Both the position numbers and the translations under genes were made by a program. 32,000 nucleotides of DNA from Alteribacter aurantiacus DSM 18675. GTDB lineage: Bacteria > Bacillota > Bacilli > Bacillales > Salisediminibacteriaceae. The notes beneath the pieces are model-generated. The model saw only the letters and a list, made by a program, of their open reading frames with translations. It was not told where the DNA came from and did no database searches. Location: positions 2,006 to 34,005 of the forward strand of contig NZ_AUCJ01000010.1 in NCBI RefSeq assembly GCF_000429705.1, read 5' to 3'. Below, one piece after another: positions 24,459 through 32,000 of this stretch (position 1 is its first letter; each line of letters begins with the position of its first letter).

Positions 24459-25934
24459 ATGAATCGCAGATTGGGACTCGTTTCATTAGCATGTTTGCTT
24501 GCGGCGTCGACATTATTCGGTCAAAACATGTGGACGGTAGCTGAAGCAAATACAGGTGACGAATTAAAAGAACGTATTGAACAAAGTCAGCGTGAGCAAG
24601 AAGAAAAGCAAGGTCAAGCAGAGGAAACAGAAGAAGAACTTGCTGAAGTTGAAGAGGAAATCAACGAACTTCATGAAGAAATTCGTGAGTTGGATGAAGA
24701 AACGCAAAAAACAAATGAAAAAATCAATAATAAACAAGGTGAAATCGATCAAACGAATGAAAACATTGAGGATCTTCGAGATGATATCATTGAACTTCAA
24801 GAACGTATTGAAGAACGTGATGAATTGCTAAAAGATCGTGTGAACTCTATGTATAAAAACGGCGGAACGGTAAACTACCTTGATGTTCTATTGGGAGCTC
24901 AAAACTTCGGAGACCTTATTGAGCGTATCAACGCGTTAAGTACTATTTCTCGTCAAGATCGAAACATCTTAGAGCAACATATTGCAGATAAGCAAGCGTT
25001 GGAAGATGCAAAGATCGAGCTTGAAACGGAGCTTGAAAACCTGGAAAACCAGATGGCTGAGCTTGAAAACCTTCGAGCGGAACTTGAAGCTCAATCAAAA
25101 GAAAAAGATCGTCTTGTGGGCTCTCTTGAAGAAAAAGGTGCTCAGCTAAAAGACGAGATTGTTTCTCTTGAAGAAGAGCAGTCTATTTTAGCCGCACAAG
25201 AAGCGGCCGCGAAAGAAGAGCTTGTAGATTGGGAAGAAGAACAGCGCCGTCTTGAAGAAGAGCGAAAAGCGGAAGAGGAACGTCAACGTAAAGCTGAAGA
25301 AGAGCGTAAGCGTCAAGAAGAAGCAGATCGCAAAGCCGCAGAAGAAGAAGAAAAAGAAAAAGCTGCAGCCGCAGCTGCTTCGGCCTCTTCAAACTCGAAC
25401 AGCTCAAGCAGTTCAAATAGCTCAAATAGCTCAAGCAGCTCTTCAGGAAGCTCAACTTCGAGTAATTCTAGTTCTGGAAGCAGTCCGGATCGATCAAGTT
25501 CTCCATCAGCTGCAGCACCGAGCGATTCAGGTGGAACGATGATGAGACCGGCTACTGGACGAGTGACGAGTGAATACGGCCCGCGTTGGGGACGCGTACA
25601 CCACGGTATTGATATCGGACAAGGTGGTCGTTCAAACGTACCTATTGTGGCGGCCGACTCAGGGACAGTCATCTCTGCTCGCTATATGAACGGATACGGA
25701 AATACGGTTATGGTCACTCATAACGTTAATGGTCAAACGATTACTACGTTATACGCGCACTTGGATTCAATAAATGTTTCAGCTGGTCAGTCTGTTAGTC
25801 GTGGACAACAGGTAGGGATTATGGGGAACACAGGAGTTTCAACTGGTCCTCACCTTCACTTTGAAGTGCACGAAGGCGGATGGAACGCTGCGAAATCAAA
25901 CTCGGTTGATCCGAGAAAATACGTAAACTTTTAA
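24459..25934 (+). CDS. Coiled-coil M23 (LytM-type) peptidoglycan metalloendopeptidase, EnvC/PcsB-like FtsEX partner candidate
   Basis: Signal peptide, then ~270 aa of heptad-rich E/K/Q sequence, a charged EEERK repeat region, a Ser/Asn/Ala low-complexity linker, and an M23 domain with HHGIDI (HxxxD) and GPHLHFEV (HxH). Confidence 0.88.
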   Translation: MNRRLGLVSLACLLAASTLFGQNMWTVAEANTGDELKERIEQSQREQEEKQGQAEETEEELAEVEEEINELHEEIRELDEETQKTNEKINNKQGEIDQTNENIEDLRDDIIELQERIEERDELLKDRVNSMYKNGGTVNYLDVLLGAQNFGDLIERINALSTISRQDRNILEQHIADKQALEDAKIELETELENLENQMAELENLRAELEAQSKEKDRLVGSLEEKGAQLKDEIVSLEEEQSILAAQEAAAKEELVDWEEEQRRLEEERKAEEERQRKAEEERKRQEEADRKAAEEEEKEKAAAAAASASSNSNSSSSSNSSNSSSSSSGSSTSSNSSSGSSPDRSSSPSAAAPSDSGGTMMRPATGRVTSEYGPRWGRVHHGIDIGQGGRSNVPIVAADSGTVISARYMNGYGNTVMVTHNVNGQTITTLYAHLDSINVSAGQSVSRGQQVGIMGNTGVSTGPHLHFEVHEGGWNAAKSNSVDPRKYVNF

Positions 25935-25984
25935 ACACAACCCAATCAATGTGAGTCGATAGAAAACTCCAATTAAATCTAAGT

Positions 25985-26030
25985 AACCACATCTTTGCTA
26001 GGACAAGCTAGCAAGGATGTGGTTTTTGTT
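25985..26030 (+). terminator. Rho-independent terminator of the M23 peptidase gene
   Basis: AACCACATCTTTGCTAG pairs with CTAGCAAGGATGTGGTT (one mismatch) and is followed by TTTTG. Confidence 0.8.
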
Positions 26031-26101
26031 TTATGAAGAAAGGGCAAATAGAACAATCTATATTATATTAGGATGATGGTAACGGAAAGGGGAGGGTTGA
26101 G

Positions 26102-26485
26102 GTGTCAATCGTTATCCCAGGAGTGATCGGGCTTTTAAGTATGATTCTCATGGTCTATATACATGTGCTCATTGAAAGAGTCTATCGCCAAAGGGAGAAA
26201 ACGTTAGTTGTCCTTCACTTTCCAAACCTTATGTTTACTTGGTTGATGTATGGGGTGACGTACATAACGGTTAACGGTTTTGTGTTTAATGGTCTTCGTG
26301 AGCGAGGGAGAAAAGAGGTGTTATTGGAAGCATTCATTGATTCTGCTTCATTTATCGTTATTGCTTATGTTGTGATCGCTCCTTTTCTTAGGAAATATCT
26401 TAGAAGGTATTATCCAATGAAAGGGACAAATCTGGTGTATTTAAAGGTGAAGAATAATGAAAAAAAGAGAAATACGAATACATGA
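26102..26485 (+). CDS. Hypothetical small membrane protein (127 aa, about 3 TM)
   Basis: GTG start 5-6 nt after GGGGAGGG. Three hydrophobic segments and a basic C-terminus. The coding region is AT-rich and I recognise no family. Confidence 0.55.
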   Translation: MSIVIPGVIGLLSMILMVYIHVLIERVYRQREKTLVVLHFPNLMFTWLMYGVTYITVNGFVFNGLRERGRKEVLLEAFIDSASFIVIAYVVIAPFLRKYLRRYYPMKGTNLVYLKVKNNEKKRNTNT

Positions 26486-26676
26486 TTCTTTCTTTTGCAC
26501 GCATAATAAAAAGAGTTTTTAAGAGAAATGAAGTAGAACAATTTAATATGGATTCCATATTTGGTAAGATAGGAAGTAACATGTTTCGTAATGTGCGAGG
26601 TGACGTTGTGATTCCTTTGTTGTTAGAAGGTGTTGGCGATGTCCCTTACATAAACACAGGTAGTTGGGCCAAGTAA
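26482..26676 (+). CDS. Hypothetical 64-aa protein, ATGA-coupled to the upstream ORF
   Basis: Its start overlaps the previous stop (ATGA at 26482-26485). No recognisable motif and very AT-rich, so coding status is uncertain. Confidence 0.35.
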   Translation: MILSFARIIKRVFKRNEVEQFNMDSIFGKIGSNMFRNVRGDVVIPLLLEGVGDVPYINTGSWAK

Positions 26677-26747
26677 GTAGGAAGCAAAGATAAAGAGAAA
26701 GACTAAACGGGGGATCAGCCTAGTGGTTTCCGTAATGAGGTGAGTAA

Positions 26748-28265
26748 ATGAACATCGATAAGAGGTTTTTGCCGCTTATAGTATCGCTGTCCGTGATTTT
26801 TGGTGCTGTTGTCATGTTTATTGTAATGGAGGTTGCGGATGGTTCGTCTGCCGAGCCGGTATTAAATAACAGTGAAGCTGAGACAGAGCTGGCAAATGAT
26901 GCGGTTGAAGAAGATGAACAAGGTACCGAGGAGGCCATTGAAACCTCGGGCTCACAACTGTCGGACGACAAAGCCGAGAAGTTCCATAAAGCCTACTCGA
27001 TCATTAAAGATCGATATGTAGAAGAGCTGGATGAGGACGAGCTGATGGAAGGCGCCATTAATGGCATGTTGGAAGTGCTTGATGATCCGTATTCCGTTTA
27101 CATGGACGAAGCAACCGCCCGTGAATTCATGGATTCTTTGGATTCCTCATTTGAAGGAATTGGTGCGGAAGTTAGCATGACTAATGGAAAGGTGACAATT
27201 GTAGCACCGTTCAGGGATTCACCTGCTGAAAAAGCCGGTTTGCGTCCAAACGACCAAATCGTTGGTATCGATGGAGATAGTATCGAAGGGCTCTCCCTTT
27301 ATGAGGCCGTTTTACAAATCAGAGGTGAAAAAGGGACAACGGTGACATTAACCATTGAACGTCCTGGTGTAAGTGATGATTTGAAAATTGATGTTATTCG
27401 AGACACGATTCCAATCGAGACGGTTACAAGCGAAGTGATTGAACAAGACGGAGCAACCATTGGGGTCTTAGAGATCAGGTCATTTGCGGAAAGTACCGCT
27501 AGAGACTTTGAGGAAAAGCTTTTTGAACTTGAAGAAGACGGGATTGATGGTCTAATTATTGACGTTCGCGGAAATCCTGGCGGACTTCTGCAAAGCGTTG
27601 AGGATATCGGGAAGCTTCTTGTCCCTGGCGGGGAGCCGATCGTGCAAATTGAAAACCGTAGCGGTGAACGAATTCGCCATGTTTCCAATTTGGAAGAGGA
27701 AAAAGAGTATCCGATTGCTACCTTGATCAATGAAGGAAGTGCTTCAGCTTCCGAGATTTTAGCTGCTGCTTTAAAAGAAGCAGGAGGTCACCATGTCGTT
27801 GGTGAAACAACGTTTGGTAAAGGGACTGTACAACAAACCATCCCACTTGGAGACGGTAGTGATTTGAAGCTTACTCTATTCAGATGGTTAACGTCTGCAG
27901 GGAATGATATTAATGAATCAGGAGTAGAACCGACCGAGCACGTTCGTCAACCTGACTTCTTCTACGTATCTCCTGTACAAGCGGAAGATCCACTAACATT
28001 TGATACGAACAGCGAACAGGTTAAGAACGCCCAGCTCATGCTTGAAGGATTAGGCTACGATCCACAGCGAACGGACGGGTATTTCAGTAGAGAAACGGAA
28101 GATGCGGTGAGGGCGTTCCAAGAAGATGAAAGCATGGATGTAACCGGTGAGGTTGATGAAGATACGGCATTTGCACTTCAAGATCGCGTTGTAGAAGCTG
28201 TACGAGATCGAGAGAATGACAACCAATTCAAACGTGCTGTTGAATTGCTAATTGAAGATCAGTAA
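26748..28265 (+). CDS. ctpB: S41 carboxy-terminal processing protease with PDZ and a C-terminal peptidoglycan-binding domain
   Basis: N-terminal TM anchor, a PDZ domain (GIGAEVSM...SPAEKAGLRPNDQIVGIDG), catalytic Ser in NEGSASASEI and Lys in TFGKGTVQ. The C-terminal region has a PG_binding_1-like sequence (GYDPQRTDGYFSRETEDAVRAFQ). The symbol is assigned by synteny only. Confidence 0.85.
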   Translation: MNIDKRFLPLIVSLSVIFGAVVMFIVMEVADGSSAEPVLNNSEAETELANDAVEEDEQGTEEAIETSGSQLSDDKAEKFHKAYSIIKDRYVEELDEDELMEGAINGMLEVLDDPYSVYMDEATAREFMDSLDSSFEGIGAEVSMTNGKVTIVAPFRDSPAEKAGLRPNDQIVGIDGDSIEGLSLYEAVLQIRGEKGTTVTLTIERPGVSDDLKIDVIRDTIPIETVTSEVIEQDGATIGVLEIRSFAESTARDFEEKLFELEEDGIDGLIIDVRGNPGGLLQSVEDIGKLLVPGGEPIVQIENRSGERIRHVSNLEEEKEYPIATLINEGSASASEILAAALKEAGGHHVVGETTFGKGTVQQTIPLGDGSDLKLTLFRWLTSAGNDINESGVEPTEHVRQPDFFYVSPVQAEDPLTFDTNSEQVKNAQLMLEGLGYDPQRTDGYFSRETEDAVRAFQEDESMDVTGEVDEDTAFALQDRVVEAVRDRENDNQFKRAVELLIEDQ

Positions 28266-28270
28266 GTGTA

Positions 28271-28301
28271 AAAGACCCGCTCGTTGTTGAGCGGGTTTTT
28301 T
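28271..28301 (+). terminator. Rho-independent terminator of the S41 protease gene
   Basis: ACCCGCTC pairs with GAGCGGGT and is followed by TTTTTT. Confidence 0.85.
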
Positions 28302-28607
28302 GTGCAGGGAAAAAGTGAAAGCAGGTGTGCGAATGTCGTGATGATGGTGGGGAAAGTAGGGTAATGGCAGAACGGCTTTGATGAGGCTGAAAAAGGGCGA
28401 TATCAGTTCGTGAAGATTCGTGAAAAACGATTAGCGGATCGGAGGTTTCTTGGATATAGGGCAGTACTTTCTACTATGCTCGTGATTTATATGATTCATT
28501 TTTAAAAAAGGGTGCCCTTTTCTTCCAGATCAATTAAAATGAAAGTAGTGTGATAAGGAAATAACGGAGGTCAGATCGATAAACGTATTTGACCAAGGAG
28601 GCGGACG

Positions 28608-29921
28608 ATGGAAGCGGTTTTGTGGGAAATGCTTCAGGCAGTTGGACGTTTCTTCCTTCATCCAGCTTTGTACCTGTTCCTATTTGCGTGTTTATGGTTT
28701 GGTATTAGCAGAGTGAAGCGAGAGCGTCGCGATTTTCATACAAGGATCAATGATGTTGTGTCCGATTTATTATCTCCTCTAGGGGTGGCATTCGTAACCG
28801 GACTTATTCTTACTGTGGTGTTTGTGGTCGTCGGTGTGACGATTCCCTTTGCCATGTTTTTACTTATGACCGTTGTTTGGGTGTTTTTCCTACCCTTTAA
28901 AAATGCGAGGCTACTAAGTTTTTCGTTTACAGGTAGCATTGCCTATCTTTTAACGATGGTATTCCCTTCGTCAGGTAGTGGCTGGGGCTGGCTCGACCAA
29001 CAGCTCACGGTCATTAGTGCAATGGAAGGCATTCACGTTGCGTGGTTTTTAGGATCGATCTTTTTCGCGGAGGCTTTGCTTATTTTAGTTAATGGAAGAA
29101 AAGGTTCAGGGCCAAAACTTGAAAAAAGTAAACGAGGAAAGACAGTTGGAGCCCATGAAGTCAATCGTCTGTGGCTGGTTCCAAGTATCCTCTTGCTCCC
29201 TGCAGGAGGATTGGCCGTAAGTGAGATGGGAATTTGGCCGTTTGGACAGACGGCTATAGGGATGTCATTGGAAACGGCAGGGCTCATGTTTGTTCCGGTC
29301 ATTCTTGGTTTTCGTGCGGTAGTGCGATCAGGCTATCCTGAAGATATTTATAGAAGACTAGGGAGCAAGCTTCTTATCGTAGCATCTATAGCCTTGATTA
29401 CGACTATAGCCGGGGTGTTTGTAAATGTTCTAGCTTCGGTAGTGCCATTGATTATTCTTGTTGGCCGTGAACTGATCTTTTTCATTCATCATAAACGAGA
29501 AAGCAAGTCGCAAAGTATGTTCAGAAGCGCTAAAGAAGGCTTGGTGGTCCTAGGTGTGATTCCTCGTTCCGTTGGAGACGAGATGGGAATCAAAGTAGGG
29601 GAGAAAGTAATGAAAGTAAATGGACAACCAGTGTCGACACAGATGGAATTGTACGAGGCACTTCAGAAAAAAGGGGCTTTTTGTAAGCTGCAAGTTCTTG
29701 ATGAACAAGGGGAGCTTAGGTTTACTCAATCCTCTGTTTATGAAGATGATCATTATCAGCTCGGTCTTCAATTTGTACCAGACGATGATATCGGAAATCT
29801 ATCGACAGAAGGACTTCGCTATACCTTCTTGTTACAGCAAGACCGGGAAAAAATTCATCAAGCAGGTACGGAAGAACACGAACATGAAACGGAAGCGGCA
29901 GCGACTAAGGAACGGGAATAA
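28608..29921 (+). CDS. minJ: Polytopic membrane protein with C-terminal PDZ domain, MinJ-like
   Basis: Multiple TM segments followed by a PDZ domain (GVIPRSVGDEMGIKVGEKVMKVNGQPVSTQMELYEAL). It sits between ctpB and uvrB, as minJ (yvjD) does in B. subtilis. AAGGAGG lies 7 nt before the ATG. Confidence 0.75.
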   Translation: MEAVLWEMLQAVGRFFLHPALYLFLFACLWFGISRVKRERRDFHTRINDVVSDLLSPLGVAFVTGLILTVVFVVVGVTIPFAMFLLMTVVWVFFLPFKNARLLSFSFTGSIAYLLTMVFPSSGSGWGWLDQQLTVISAMEGIHVAWFLGSIFFAEALLILVNGRKGSGPKLEKSKRGKTVGAHEVNRLWLVPSILLLPAGGLAVSEMGIWPFGQTAIGMSLETAGLMFVPVILGFRAVVRSGYPEDIYRRLGSKLLIVASIALITTIAGVFVNVLASVVPLIILVGRELIFFIHHKRESKSQSMFRSAKEGLVVLGVIPRSVGDEMGIKVGEKVMKVNGQPVSTQMELYEALQKKGAFCKLQVLDEQGELRFTQSSVYEDDHYQLGLQFVPDDDIGNLSTEGLRYTFLLQQDREKIHQAGTEEHEHETEAAATKERE

Positions 29922-29927
29922 GAACAA

Positions 29928-29959
29928 GGCGGAGGACCAACAAGGTCCTCCGTCTTTTT
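29928..29959 (+). terminator. Rho-independent terminator of the minJ-like gene
   Basis: GGCGGAGGACC pairs with GGTCCTCCGTC and is followed by TTTTT. Confidence 0.85.
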
Positions 29960-29975
29960 GTAACTAATGGTACTA

Positions 29976-30008
29976 AAAAGTTCGGGGGTCTGACCCCGCA
30001 CAAATGTT
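29976..30008. repeat. REP-like palindrome, asymmetric-arm copy
   Basis: AAAAGTTCGGGGG-TCTGA-CCCCGCACAAATGTT. The arms are nearly identical to copy 6263-6294 (AAAATGTCGGGGG-ACAGA-CCCCGCACAAAATG). Confidence 0.75.
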
Positions 30009-30017
30009 GGAAAAGGG

Positions 30018-30058
30018 TTGACAACGTTGCTATGATAGATATAAAGGAACGTGTGTTC
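30018..30058 (+). promoter_or_regulatory. SOS-type promoter: SigA promoter with an overlapping LexA (Cheo) box upstream of uvrB
   Basis: TTGACA (30018-30023), a 16-nt spacer, TATAAA (30040-30045), then GAAC-GTGT-GTTC (30047-30058), which matches the Gram-positive LexA core GAAC-N4-GTTC. A second extended -10 (TGATATAAT, 30088-30096) is followed by a 2-mismatch box GTACATATGTTA (30100-30111). Confidence 0.65.
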
Positions 30059-30215
30059 TTGTTTTTGGGTATTTTGAGCGGTTTTTGTGATATAATGATG
30101 TACATATGTTAAGAATGGGTAATGAAATAATAAATAGAACAAAAAAGAACCTAAAAAGGGTTCTTCGTTTTATATAAAAGTCGATAGAACGATTGGGTGA
30201 AGGAGGTTACTCGCA

Positions 30216-32000
30216 ATGGATCAAAGCATAAATACGTTTGAATTGGTTTCGAAATACGACCCGCAAGGAGATCAGCCCAAAGCGATTGAAGCGCTCGTTA
30301 AAGGTGTTAAGGAAAATAAGAAAATGCAAACGTTGCTCGGTGCAACGGGAACAGGAAAAACATTTACCGTTTCCAATGTGATTAAAGAAATAAATAAACC
30401 TACGCTTGTGATCGCCCACAATAAAACGTTGGCGGGTCAACTTTATAGCGAGTTTAAAGAATTTTTCCCGAACAATGCAGTAGAGTATTTTGTCAGTTAT
30501 TATGACTACTATCAGCCTGAAGCCTATATTCCCCAATCGGATACGTTTATCGAAAAAGATGCTAGCATCAATGATGAAATCGATAAGCTTCGTCACTCAG
30601 CCACAAGTTCTTTATTTGAGCGAAATGACGTGATCATTGTTGCTAGTGTATCGTGTATCTACGGTCTTGGTTCACCAACGGAATACCGTGATCTCGTTGT
30701 TTCATTGCGAACGGGAATGGAAATGGAGAGAAATACTCTTCTTCGTGAGCTGGTAGACATTCAGTACGAGCGAAATGACATTAACTTTACCCGTGGAACG
30801 TTCCGTGTAAGAGGGGATGTTGTTGAAATCTTTCCGGCGTCAAGGGATGAACACTGCCTCCGTATTGAGATGTTTGGTGATGAAATTGACCGGATTACCG
30901 AGGTTGATGCTCTTACAGGGGAAATTCTCGGTGAGCGAAATCATGTCGCAATTTTCCCGGCTTCCCACTTCGTTACGCGAGAGGAAAAGCTGAAGCGTGC
31001 GATTGTAAATATTGAAAAAGAACTGGAAGAAGTCTTGGACGATATGAATGAAAAAGGGAAGCTCCTTGAAGCTCAACGCCTTGAACAGCGCACCCGTTAC
31101 GATATCGAAATGATGCAGGAGATGGGCTTTTGCTCTGGGATTGAGAACTACTCTCGTCACCTTACATTCAGAGAGCCGGGTGCAACGCCGTACACCTTGA
31201 TCGACTTTTTCCCTGACGACTTCCTTCTGGTAGTAGACGAGTCCCATGTAACACTGCCGCAAGTAAGAGGGATGTACAACGGAGACCAAGCGCGTAAAGG
31301 GGTTCTAGTGGATCACGGATTTCGACTACCATCGGCAAAAGACAATCGTCCTTTAAAGTTCGATGAGTTTGAAAAACATATCAACCAAGCGATTTTCGTA
31401 TCGGCTACACCAGGTCCATATGAGCTTGAACACTGTCCGGAAATGATTGAACAGATCATTCGACCGACAGGCTTACTCGATCCAACGGTAGATGTGCGCC
31501 CAATTGAAGGACAAATCGACGACATCATGGAGGAAATCCATGTTCGAAAAGAGCGTAATGAGCGTGTGCTCGTAACGACTCTCACAAAAAAAATGAGTGA
31601 AGATTTGACCAACTATTTTAAAGAGCTGGGCATTCGTGTGAAATACCTCCACTCGGACATCAAGACCCTGGAGCGAATTCAAATCCTCCGTGATTTGCGC
31701 CGAGGTGAATTTGACGTTCTTGTCGGAATTAACCTTCTTCGTGAAGGGCTTGATATTCCCGAAGTGTCCTTGGTCGCCATTCTCGATGCCGATAAAGAGG
31801 GATTCCTGCGCGCCGAGCGGTCTCTGATTCAAACGATGGGACGTGCGGCTCGTAACTCGAACGGGCACGTGATTATGTACGCAGATAAAATGACGAAATC
31901 AATGGAAATTGCTATAGAAGAAACCAAACGTCGTCGCCAAGTCCAAAAAGAGTTTAACGAAAAACACGGCATTACACCTCAGACGATTCAAAAAGCAATT
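30216..32000 (+). CDS. uvrB: Excinuclease ABC subunit B (5' part; continues past the window end)
   Basis: Not in the supplied ORF track because there is no stop inside the window. My own translation from the ATG at 30216 (GAAGGAGG 8 nt upstream) gives [31 protein letters not shown]...[17 protein letters not shown]...[39 protein letters not shown]. It stays open for 595 codons to position 32000. Confidence 0.95.
   Translation, partial: MDQSINTFELVSKYDPQGDQPKAIEALVKGVKENKKMQTLLGATGTGKTFTVSNVIKEINKPTLVIAHNKTLAGQLYSEFKEFFPNNAVEYFVSYYDYYQPEAYIPQSDTFIEKDASINDEIDKLRHSATSSLFERNDVIIVASVSCIYGLGSPTEYRDLVVSLRTGMEMERNTLLRELVDIQYERNDINFTRGTFRVRGDVVEIFPASRDEHCLRIEMFGDEIDRITEVDALTGEILGERNHVAIFPASHFVTREEKLKRAIVNIEKELEEVLDDMNEKGKLLEAQRLEQRTRYDIEMMQEMGFCSGIENYSRHLTFREPGATPYTLIDFFPDDFLLVVDESHVTLPQVRGMYNGDQARKGVLVDHGFRLPSAKDNRPLKFDEFEKHINQAIFVSATPGPYELEHCPEMIEQIIRPTGLLDPTVDVRPIEGQIDDIMEEIHVRKERNERVLVTTLTKKMSEDLTNYFKELGIRVKYLHSDIKTLERIQILRDLRRGEFDVLVGINLLREGLDIPEVSLVAILDADKEGFLRAERSLIQTMGRAARNSNGHVIMYADKMTKSMEIAIEETKRRRQVQKEFNEKHGITPQTIQKAI

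Noticed and set aside
25183-25672. Three overlapping ORFs (90, 96 and 119 aa) in both strands within the M23 peptidase gene
   Set aside because: They are artefacts of the repetitive GAAGAAGA / AGCTCAA low-complexity coding DNA, which stays open in several frames.
30207-31868. Four minus-strand ORFs (129, 149, 99 and 131 aa), the only track entries beyond 30.2 kb
   Set aside because: They are antisense to uvrB, which I translated by hand on the + strand from 30216. The track omits uvrB only because it has no stop codon inside the window.

Overview
This looks like a chromosomal segment from a Bacillaceae-type Firmicute, judged from gene content and order; no database was searched. The right part (15.4-32 kb) is the conserved block known from Bacillus subtilis: hpf, secA, prfB (with its +1 frameshift), a yitT/yvjA-like gene, cccB, ftsE, ftsX, a coiled-coil M23 peptidase, a ctpB-like S41 protease, a minJ-like PDZ protein and uvrB. 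uvrB runs off the window end and is missing from the supplied ORF track. The left part (0-15 kb) carries metabolic and accessory genes: a ROK kinase, an acyl-CoA thioesterase, a ~1480-aa bacillopeptidase-F-like S8 exoprotease, a GH13 neopullulanase-type amylase, mannose-6-P isomerase, asparagine synthetase and a cold-shock protein. Many secreted proteins are strongly acidic. The most interesting signals are not in the ORF list. (1) A ~33-nt GC-cored palindrome (consensus AAAATTGTGCGGGGTCAGACCCCGCACAATTTT) occurs at 10 or more intergenic sites, nine of them within about 5.3 kb of item 2. (2) A Y1/HUH IS200-like (RAYT-type) gene is tightly packed with a tail-less SSB gene and a 94-aa helical-protein gene. 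Together these suggest a REP/RAYT-type system with a dedicated ssDNA-binding partner. (3) Two diverged copies of a 125-160 nt MITE-like long-hairpin element are present. (4) Several ORF-poor stretches of 0.6-0.9 kb are littered with repeat debris. I saw no rRNA, tRNA or CRISPR array. All coordinates and motif matches were read by eye; homology statements come from recognising motifs, not from searches.
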